From the IMG/VR virus record IMGVR_UViG_3300033141_004135: 64,000 nucleotides of DNA; one strand, given 5' to 3'. How positions within the stretch are numbered: the stretch's first letter is position 1; every line of letters begins with the position of its first letter. Positions 56,809-64,000 of this stretch are shown here, piece after piece. The position numbers were made by a program, and so were the translations under genes. The stretch is from an uncultured virus (IMG/VR IMGVR_UViG_3300033141_004135) (lineage: Duplodnaviria > Heunggongvirae > Uroviricota > Caudoviricetes). Under the pieces are notes generated by a model that had not been told where the DNA came from, searched no databases, and saw nothing but the letters and a program-made list of their open reading frames with translations.

Positions 56809-57211
56809 CTTTTTCTAGTATTTTTTGTAATTCTTGTGCTAATAATTTTTGTACTAATAGTTTCCTCGTTCTAAATAAACGTGATTTGGTATAATTACAA
56901 AATGCGATGATTCGAACATATAACCTAGCTCTTGGACATTCTTCACAAAAATCAATATTCCAAATACATTCTTTACATATCTTAGCAGAACACTCATCAC
57001 AAATTTTTTGTAATATCCCACATCCTGCTGGATATCCATCTTTATAATACCCTTTAATATTACATGGGCAGACAAATATAGTATCGTTTAGATTTTTTAT
57101 CCATGTTTTTAAAATAGTCTCATTAAACGGAGTTTCATTCTCAAATTTTAAAAAAAGCTTAAGATTTTCACGGAATATTCGATATTCGTATTTAACACAT
57201 TTTTCTTTCAT
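56783..57211 (-). CDS. Cys-rich hypothetical protein
   Basis: Multiple CxxC; ATGA-type packing. Confidence 0.6.
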   Translation of the reverse strand: MKEKCVKYEYRIFRENLKLFLKFENETPFNETILKTWIKNLNDTIFVCPCNIKGYYKDGYPAGCGILQKICDECSAKICKECIWNIDFCEECPRARLYVRIIAFCNYTKSRLFRTRKLLVQKLLAQELQKILEKGDKNFLER

Positions 57212-57390
57212 TTGTAATCCTCTTTTTTTTTATTTTCTTCTTCTTCCTTTTCAAAACACATGAACTTAGCGATTTCGGTAATTTTATCGAACTCGCTACA
57301 TTTATTCTTATGTTTGCACTTACTACAATACTCGTCATCTAAGAATTTCATCGTTTTCTCCCTCAAAACACATGCACTTATTTTTTCCAT
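57208..57390 (-). CDS. Small Cys-containing protein
   Basis: CSKCKHKNKC...MCFE, repeated at the end of the upstream gene. Confidence 0.5.
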   Translation of the reverse strand: MEKISACVLREKTMKFLDDEYCSKCKHKNKCSEFDKITEIAKFMCFEKEEEENKKKEDYK

Positions 57391-57820
57391 TCATTGGTAT
57401 TGATTCACATTCATCATTATGTTTACACTTGCTGCAGTGTTTAAAAACAAAACTAAATATTTTAAGAAACCTATCTTCTTCTTCAGTATAATAAAATCTA
57501 GGTGCTCGTATGTAGTGCCATTCTTTTTCATATGTGACTTTATAATCTAAAGGAAATATCCTAGGATTTAATTCTATTACTAATGTTCCGTATGTTAATT
57601 TGGTTTTACCGCTCGATGAAGCTAAATATAATTTAGTATCGTAATAAAACCTATTCAACGTCAACGAATGGGAGAAACCTATCGTCTTTAAATGTTCTAA
57701 TATTTCCTTTGAATGCTTGAATTTTTTTAGCTGTTCTTTATCCACAAAGAAGCTAGCTATATCTCTCCATAACATTCTAAGTTTTAATTCCAAAATTTCA
57801 TCTTCTATTTTCATATTCAT
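57335..57820 (-). CDS. Hypothetical protein with C-terminal CSKCKH...C...CMCFE
   Basis: Packed ORF. Confidence 0.65.
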   Translation of the reverse strand: MNMKIEDEILELKLRMLWRDIASFFVDKEQLKKFKHSKEILEHLKTIGFSHSLTLNRFYYDTKLYLASSSGKTKLTYGTLVIELNPRIFPLDYKVTYEKEWHYIRAPRFYYTEEEDRFLKIFSFVFKHCSKCKHNDECESIPMNGKNKCMCFEGENDEILR

Positions 57821-58034
57821 CCATTAGATCACCAAACAAATATATTTCCTCACCAGTCTCCTCTATTTTGTAGAGGGGAACTGTAAGTTTTATTGGCTTG
57901 TAATTATCATCTAATACTTCCACATCTATCTTATTATTTAGCGGTTTTAGAGTTGCTGTTATTTTTTTATCGCTAATAAGATTTCTTATTTTATCTAAAA
58001 TCTTGTATAAAAAAAACTTCAAACAAATTTTCAT
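57798..58034 (-). CDS. Hypothetical protein
   Basis: Packed ORF. Confidence 0.55.
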   Translation of the reverse strand: MKICLKFFLYKILDKIRNLISDKKITATLKPLNNKIDVEVLDDNYKPIKLTVPLYKIEETGEEIYLFGDLMDEYENRR

Positions 58035-58234
58035 TTTAATTCATCCTCATATATTTTTAGAGTAAGAAGAATTCCTTCCTCCACCTGATGAAGGCGAAAT
58101 GTCTTCATTGTATCATTCTCCAGAGCATCCCTAATAACAGATATTATGTGTTTTTTCTCTTCTATAGGAAGATTGTTAAAATGTTTAACAGTATTATTCC
58201 ATATCTTCCAGAAAGATTCTATCTTGTTCATCAT
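58031..58234 (-). CDS. Hypothetical protein (probable start MMNKIE)
   Basis: The upstream part of the tracked ORF overlaps a better-looking gene in another frame. Confidence 0.5.
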   Translation of the reverse strand: MMNKIESFWKIWNNTVKHFNNLPIEEKKHIISVIRDALENDTMKTFRLHQVEEGILLTLKIYEDELK

Positions 58235-58484
58235 TCGTCGAATCTGTTGTATGATGCATGTATTTTGGAATTTCTTCATCTTGATATTTCGTCGAATCTG
58301 TTGTATAATACATGTACTTCGGCTTTTCTTCATCCAAATATTTCTCCACAATTCTCAACGTTTTTTCAGTTTCCTCCCAAGCTTTAAGGACCTCCTTATT
58401 ATATGGTTCTTCTGATAGCTCTTTTAATCTCCTACGCAATTCTTCCTCACTCATATCGGATTTTTCTCGTATATCTTTCGACAT
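58194..58484 (-). CDS. Acidic protein with an 18-aa internal duplication
   Basis: DEEKPKYMYYTTDST / DEEIPKYMHHTTDST. Confidence 0.65.
   Translation of the reverse strand: MSKDIREKSDMSEEELRRRLKELSEEPYNKEVLKAWEETEKTLRIVEKYLDEEKPKYMYYTTDSTKYQDEEIPKYMHHTTDSTNDEQDRIFLEDME
58234..58334. repeat. 54-bp-period direct repeat (2 copies)
   Basis: TTCGTCGAATCTGTTGTAT at 58234 and 58288. Confidence 0.9.
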
Positions 58485-58803
58485 CTTTTTAAATACTCTT
58501 TTTGTTTTTTTGTTAAAGGTTTTTTATCCCTCTTAATAAATTCTTTTGCTTCCTTTCCTTCTAAAACAAACATATTTTCTCTGATAGTCGTATTTCACTT
58601 TTAAAAACTTACTTATCTTATATTCTATAACTAAATCTCATATCCCAATACATCGTTAGTGGTTGACGGTATACGTACTTTACTCTATACTTTTCTATGA
58701 AAAAACTTAACACGCTTAACCACAGCGATTTAAGATTCGATTCTAATATATCTTCTTTAAACGTACGTTTACTTATATCTTTCAAATTAATTTTAACCAT
58801 TTT

Positions 58804-59892
58804 CTAACCATCTAATTTCATAAAGTCTATCTTTTTTAATAGAAACGATTTCAAAAGCTTTAATAGATGCAGAGCATCCTCATATTCAAAACTCTCAATA
58901 TTAGTATGCATATATCTCAAAGGTGTTCCAATTAAAGCACAAGGAATTCCCTCTTTCGTCATTTGAATCGCACGAGCATCGGTGGGTGTAGGATGTGCTT
59001 CTGCTTCTAAAACAAAAGGAATAGATTCCTCTCTTGCCACATTGATCAAGGCTTTTGTTAATTTTGGATCTAAATTTGGCCCGACTGCAATCGCTGCTCC
59101 ACAACCTAAATAACATTCTCGATGTTTACTCTTATTTACCCCAGGATAATCAATCGCATGTGTAACGTCTAATGCAATAGCAAAATTAGGGTTTAATTTA
59201 TACGCTCCTACTGTAGCACCCCTCACGCCAATTTCTTCTTGAACCGCAAAGAGGAAAATTAGATTTTTATCTAAATCATCCCGGATTGATGCTAATTCCT
59301 TTATTAATTTTATCAAAATAAAACAACTTAATCTATTATCCAAAGCCTTAGCAAAAATTCTCTTTTTAGTAATAAAGAAATGACATTCCTGTTTTAAAGT
59401 AATGTAATCTCCCACAGCTATATATTCTTTCGCTTCCTCATCACTCGAAAGCCCTACATCAATGAATAAATCTTCAACAGAATTAACTTTCTTTCTCTCG
59501 TCTTTTGAAATTAAATGAATAGCCTTCTCTCCTATTACACCAATAATATCCTTTCCAGAGCTTGAGTGAATAACAACGGTTTGACCGGGTAATATTCGGG
59601 CGTTCTGTCCTCCCACAGACACAAACCGAATAAACCCATCTTTATCAATGTATCGTACCATAAACCCGATTTCATCCATGTGAGCGTCCAATAAAATATT
59701 ATGTTTAGGCTCACTTGTATTCTTTTTGCCATTAAGATGACAAATTAAATTTCCAATCGTATCTATTTCGATATTATCACAATAACTCTTTACTTGATCG
59801 AAAATATATTGGCGAATTTTTGCTTCATTTCCCGTACATCCTTGAATTTCTGTTAAATCCTTAATTAATTGAAAATCTTCTTTAAAACTCAT
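58804..59892 (-). CDS. M42 family (TET-type) metallo-aminopeptidase
   Basis: AHMDEIG, KALDNR, VQEEIG.RGA, IALDVT, TDA, RYMHT: all metal ligands present. Confidence 0.95.
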   Translation of the reverse strand: MSFKEDFQLIKDLTEIQGCTGNEAKIRQYIFDQVKSYCDNIEIDTIGNLICHLNGKKNTSEPKHNILLDAHMDEIGFMVRYIDKDGFIRFVSVGGQNARILPGQTVVIHSSSGKDIIGVIGEKAIHLISKDERKKVNSVEDLFIDVGLSSDEEAKEYIAVGDYITLKQECHFFITKKRIFAKALDNRLSCFILIKLIKELASIRDDLDKNLIFLFAVQEEIGVRGATVGAYKLNPNFAIALDVTHAIDYPGVNKSKHRECYLGCGAAIAVGPNLDPKLTKALINVAREESIPFVLEAEAHPTPTDARAIQMTKEGIPCALIGTPLRYMHTNIESFEYEDALHLLKLLKSFLLKKIDFMKLDG

Positions 59893-59956
59893 ATTAAATT
59901 TTCTCTCCTTTTAATTTTCTATAATTCTTAGCTGTATAAGAGTAAATAAAAAAAAG

Positions 59957-60856
59957 TTATTTGATGATAGAGCCCATTCCTATGTTGATTTCGATTTTCG
60001 ATTCTTGATCTTCACTCACGATGTAAAGAGCTATTACATTGTTAGATTTTACTCTTCTTATGTTAAACTCTATATCTTCGAACATATTTGGGATGATCGT
60101 GTGAATGTTATAGAACTCTTCATCAAATTGGATCACATCTTCATCATCAAGCAAGTTTAAATACCCTATCTCATGGCTCGATTTGATCTTCGCATTTTTT
60201 TCTCCTTTCATGAATCTAAGAATGCCGTTTTCAGAAACTATTCTTGTCTTATTATCCTTGGTGATCTTAAGAGTATCATCAACGCACTTCATGATGCTGT
60301 CTTTCTTCACAACTATTCTCATAGGGTATGGTACTTTTGCCTTAGGATGGTTCATGAAAAGCATTATTTTTCCATCTTCTGTTCTTTCAAATTCATGCCA
60401 TTCATCCCAGTTTCTAAGTTCTTCTATCAAACCAGCTTTATTTTCTTCGCTCATTTCCAACTCATCTATGAAAAACTTCCCTCTCTGCCTAATCTCATAT
60501 AGATCATTTTCTGTTTCTATGAATATCGTTGTTGGGTTTCTTTGATCGTTGTACACCAAGATTTCATCAGAAAGCCCTTTTCCTCCCAGACAATCATCTA
60601 TCAGATCGTAATCGCTTATGAGCATGAATCCTTCTTCTAATATGTCGGCGTCTTTCTTTACAAACTTGCCTTGTATTCCCCTCATGTATGGATCCATCGT
60701 CAAGACTTTTAGTTTTCCATCTCTTACTTCTATATTAAAATTATAGAAGAGACAATTCTTTATCGGTTTTGAATCTTGATATTGAATTATCCCTTTCATG
60801 CTACAACATTTTAAATATTCTCTAAATTCCTTTTTATTAATTCTAAACTTAGTCAT
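59957..60856 (-). CDS. Putative divergent sliding clamp (PCNA-like)
   Basis: 299 aa with two alpha/beta repeats; 'IEVRDGKLKVLTMDP' resembles the PCNA N-domain; lies in the replication module. Confidence 0.55.
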   Translation of the reverse strand: MTKFRINKKEFREYLKCCSMKGIIQYQDSKPIKNCLFYNFNIEVRDGKLKVLTMDPYMRGIQGKFVKKDADILEEGFMLISDYDLIDDCLGGKGLSDEILVYNDQRNPTTIFIETENDLYEIRQRGKFFIDELEMSEENKAGLIEELRNWDEWHEFERTEDGKIMLFMNHPKAKVPYPMRIVVKKDSIMKCVDDTLKITKDNKTRIVSENGILRFMKGEKNAKIKSSHEIGYLNLLDDEDVIQFDEEFYNIHTIIPNMFEDIEFNIRRVKSNNVIALYIVSEDQESKIEINIGMGSIIK

Positions 60857-61927
60857 TTATATTTTACCCCATAATTCTTCTTGAGTTAATTCTTTTCCAT
60901 CTACCTCGCCCATTATTGCTGGAGCTAGCTCTTCTAGGATCTCAAAAGCCGCATATCTCCTATTAGGAGTATAATACACTCTCTTATTTTGAGGTATGTT
61001 TCCTTCGAATCTACTTTCTACATTACACCAATAATGTTCTTTATCATTGTCTACCATTAATATGAAATCCATTTCATATTTTGTTTTTGGAGCCCAATGA
61101 ATCGTATAATTCTCCAATTCCTCGATAGATTTATTCTTGGTTTTAGCTTCTTTTTCAAGCCACAAATCGGATTTCGGAGTTATTTTATACGTATCTATTT
61201 GCCAACCCCTATAGTTTCTCTTATCTCTCAGCGTTTCGATCCACCAAGCATTCCTTATCATCCAATAGTTTTGTCTTATTCCTTTAAGAGAAGTAGCGAG
61301 TCCTCTTTCCTCTTCAGCTGCTATCACATTTTCAAAGAGTATTCTAAACTTATCGTTTAAAAGCTCATCATAAGAACTCATCGAATCTATGATGAACAAT
61401 ACCTCGGGGCCATTATCTCTCGTAGCAATGGTTATTTCGTTTTCTATTCTAATTTTTGTCTTATCAATATCCATCAAAGCAACTTCTCTTATTTCATTAT
61501 TTAAGAAATTTTGCTGCCTCTTAGGGATCTTAATCGTCTTTCTCTTTATTTTATTTTCATCATATAGCGGCTTAACTAATTTATAAAATATGCCAGAATG
61601 GGATAAAGTTCTATAAGAAGCGTCCAAATCAAGAACTTGTATTTCCTCTACTTCTGGAACGAGACCCGAATGGATCATTTCATAGGATTTGGGGAACTTT
61701 TCTTTTATTCCCATCTTATCAAAATATTTGGAATTAAGAAACCCGAACAGAGTAGCTAATAACGTTTTTCCTTTCCATTCATAACCGGGAATGGCTATGT
61801 TATAGCCATTTGTTCCGATTGTTTTTGATCCGTCATTTTCCCATTCTATGGGCTTGATCTCTTCTTTTTCTCTACTTTTTTTTGGAACATCCATCCATTG
61901 ACTATCGTCAAACTTGAACTCCTTCAT
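60857..61927 (-). CDS. RecA-fold ATPase (Sak4/RadB-like)
   Basis: Walker A GYEWKGKT, VLDLD, Walker B FIIDSMS. Confidence 0.75.
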   Translation of the reverse strand: MKEFKFDDSQWMDVPKKSREKEEIKPIEWENDGSKTIGTNGYNIAIPGYEWKGKTLLATLFGFLNSKYFDKMGIKEKFPKSYEMIHSGLVPEVEEIQVLDLDASYRTLSHSGIFYKLVKPLYDENKIKRKTIKIPKRQQNFLNNEIREVALMDIDKTKIRIENEITIATRDNGPEVLFIIDSMSSYDELLNDKFRILFENVIAAEEERGLATSLKGIRQNYWMIRNAWWIETLRDKRNYRGWQIDTYKITPKSDLWLEKEAKTKNKSIEELENYTIHWAPKTKYEMDFILMVDNDKEHYWCNVESRFEGNIPQNKRVYYTPNRRYAAFEILEELAPAIMGEVDGKELTQEELWGKI

Positions 61928-61941
61928 GAAATCATCAGAAA

Positions 61942-63444
61942 TTACAAATCACCTATTAACTGATCAATGTCGAGTTTTGTGAAATCCATGATCACACCAA
62001 TCCCCTTTATTTTAGGGATGGCAACAGCATTCTCTGGATCAACGATGAATTGTTTCGTATCTTCATCATAAGATCTATTTCCTCTGCTCGTGGTTAACGA
62101 AATATAAACCGTAGAGGACGGTAGATCAACGTCCAATCCATTACTATACTTAGCGAACACATTTTGATTACTTTCCAGCGAATAATCAGTCAATATTAAT
62201 TTTGGCGATGAGCCTTCTCTACTATAAACACCAGAAAACGCACATTCACAGATCGCAAAGGAATTGAAGTCTATCTTGTCCCAGACACCACCATCATCCT
62301 TAATGATCTCTCCATCCTCATCCTTTAGGGCTCTATATTTCATGTGGTAATCGTTAATATCGGCTAAATCAATTATCGGTATGTAATCAAGCTCCGTATA
62401 TTTCTTATAAAGATTATATAATTCTTTTATTTTCTTCGTTTTATCATCTTCTGATAAGGAGTTATAATGTTCTACGATCGCTAAAGCTTTTGCTCTAATC
62501 CTTTTATTTATGGCTCTAATGATATCAGTGATCTTGATTTTCGATTCGCTAACATCTATCGACTCTCCAGACATGTTCACTTGTAAGAAAAGATCATTCG
62601 AGTATTTCGTTTCAACCGCCTTTATTTTACAACCCTTAAACCAAATTCCCTTTTTACAAATGAACTTTGGGGAGCTAGGGTTTGCTTGATCTCCATATAA
62701 AGTAACCCTTGTGATCAACGCATCTTCAATAGGATTTTTCTGTTTTTTGGTTATAGTACCGTCATCATTCTTGATCTCCTTCACACCAGTGAAAAATCCA
62801 ATTCCGAAAATACTCATTTTCCAATTCGGAACTAATGGTCGGCTCCAATTTCTATTCTTATAAACCTCGCCATCCTCCGTATATTGGATTGTTTTCCTAT
62901 AATCTCTGGCAACAGGAGTATCTCCCGGTTCCCATAATTCTCCATCAACAACAACCCACTCTCCGTTATTTAGCATCGTCATCTTATTAATGCTCCTCAC
63001 TGGCTTATAAACATCGTTGAAAAACACGTTTTTATTGTCTATTACAGCATCTTTAATTTTCATCAACATGACCTTACTATCACTTCCATCACCGCTTTCT
63101 CCCAATATCATCTTCAACCTATTTTGCGGGTTGGAAAACTCTTTTATGATCTCGTTTCTCATTTTTTCGTTCGTATCGAGTGGTTCTTGGAAGATTCCAA
63201 ATGGGATGATTATGAATTCTTTTCCTCTATTGAACTTTTTGTTTGAATAATAATTTAATAATCCGTTGTAAGTTCTAATATTTATCTTAAAATCGGAGAG
63301 ATTTGGTTCTAAATCAACTATTTTTTCTCTCAAAGCATAAAACAATAATAGTACATCTTGAAAGTCAACATCATTATCATCCGCTATTTTCCTTAATTTT
63401 TCTTTTAAGTTTTCATCTATTTTATCCATTATTATTTTCTTCAC
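61942..63444 (-). CDS. Putative ssDNA-binding/recombination protein
   Basis: 500 aa, helical N-terminus and beta-rich body, adjacent to the RecA-like ATPase; function inferred from context only. Confidence 0.4.
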   Translation of the reverse strand: MKKIIMDKIDENLKEKLRKIADDNDVDFQDVLLLFYALREKIVDLEPNLSDFKINIRTYNGLLNYYSNKKFNRGKEFIIIPFGIFQEPLDTNEKMRNEIIKEFSNPQNRLKMILGESGDGSDSKVMLMKIKDAVIDNKNVFFNDVYKPVRSINKMTMLNNGEWVVVDGELWEPGDTPVARDYRKTIQYTEDGEVYKNRNWSRPLVPNWKMSIFGIGFFTGVKEIKNDDGTITKKQKNPIEDALITRVTLYGDQANPSSPKFICKKGIWFKGCKIKAVETKYSNDLFLQVNMSGESIDVSESKIKITDIIRAINKRIRAKALAIVEHYNSLSEDDKTKKIKELYNLYKKYTELDYIPIIDLADINDYHMKYRALKDEDGEIIKDDGGVWDKIDFNSFAICECAFSGVYSREGSSPKLILTDYSLESNQNVFAKYSNGLDVDLPSSTVYISLTTSRGNRSYDEDTKQFIVDPENAVAIPKIKGIGVIMDFTKLDIDQLIGDL

Positions 63445-63739
63445 CTATTATTACTGTTATTTTTTTTGTTTTAATTTTAGGCATTTTTTTATTCTTGCCC
63501 AATAATCCTTTACCAAGATCCTCATATATCAATCCGGCATCCAACAAATAAGAAATGTGGAAACTAACAGTTCCCGATGTTATGCCGAGTTTTTCCGCAA
63601 GTTCTTTATGAGACAATCCGTCATTATTTCTAATTACGTCTAACATTTCCAATCTTTTTTCGTTTGCCAAAGATTCGGCAATCACTTTTATTTTTTCCTT
63701 ATCTTTATTCAATTCTAAAAATTCTTCCATATCCATCAT
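63422..63739 (-). CDS. ArsR-type winged-HTH regulator
   Basis: LANEKRLEML...LS.KELAEKLGIT.GTVSFHI..L..AGLI. Confidence 0.88.
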   Translation of the reverse strand: MMDMEEFLELNKDKEKIKVIAESLANEKRLEMLDVIRNNDGLSHKELAEKLGITSGTVSFHISYLLDAGLIYEDLGKGLLGKNKKMPKIKTKKITVIIGEENNNG

Positions 63740-63963
63740 TCATATTTTTTTTCTATAAATTCATCAATCTTATTAAAGAACGAACCAAGATCCCTTTTAT
63801 CATTCTCTATTACATAATCTGGTGTTATATCTTTATATTCGTTTTCCGAAACATGAACATCAACTTCTTCGTCCACAGAATTTACCTTCATCGATATTTC
63901 TTCTCCAGAAACATCTTTTATCAATACTTCTTTTCCAGAAACATCTTTTACCAATAAGATCAC
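63736..63963 (-). CDS. Small acidic protein with a 10-aa duplication
   Basis: VKDVSGKEVL / IKDVSGEEIS (30-bp repeat at 63898-63956). Confidence 0.6.
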   Translation of the reverse strand: MILLVKDVSGKEVLIKDVSGEEISMKVNSVDEEVDVHVSENEYKDITPDYVIENDKRDLGSFFNKIDEFIEKKYE

Positions 63964-64000
63964 GACATTTTTTTGAAGTTTTCTTAAAAACTCTACTTCT

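Noticed and set aside
58235..58351. N-terminal extension of ORF 58031-58351
   Set aside because: It is an alternate-frame reading of the 54-bp repeat within 58194-58484.
58618..58800. 60-aa ORF downstream of the M42 gene
   Set aside because: No recognisable motif and atypical composition; may be a remnant of captured DNA and is not supportable as a gene.
5248..63957. Numerous short antisense/overlapping ORFs in the track
   Set aside because: They lie opposite well-supported genes and have the F/S/L/I-rich composition of reverse-complemented AT-rich coding DNA.

Overview
This window is most of the genome of a large tailed (Caudoviricetes, contractile-tail) virus. The host is very probably an archaeon: genes use GGTGA/GGAGG ribosome-binding sites and TATA-like promoters, and the virus encodes a PriS-PriL-type primase, a PCNA-like clamp, an XPF/ERCC4 nuclease and an RNA-primed PolB. 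Layout: (i) 1-4.2 kb is compositionally distinct, with a dense ~10-bp-phased YGATCR array, hairpins, two orphan minus-strand ORFs, a structured ~230-nt leader and a GC-rich non-coding block; (ii) 4.2-36.2 kb (+) is the morphogenesis module (TerS/TerL, portal, protease-scaffold, MCP, neck, sheath, tube, TMP-position protein, hub-spike, fibres, baseplate, holin-like protein); (iii) 36.2-43.1 kb (-) is a glycosylation/sulfation/methylation/radical-SAM island; (iv) 43.1-64 kb (-) covers replication, recombination and DNA modification (helicase, ERCC4, primase, Cas4-like nuclease, three DNA methyltransferases, PolB, clamp, RecA-like ATPase) plus a host-like M42 aminopeptidase. Best leads: the phased GATC array together with a Dam-class methylase (a possible P1-pac-like switch), a split PD-(D/E)xK nuclease-like domain inside the tape-measure-position protein, the glyco-sulfation island, a shared C-terminal hydrophobic tag on PolB and the methylases, two candidate ncRNAs, and several genes lacking an in-frame canonical start. 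All calls come from reading motifs and synteny by eye; no database searches were run.
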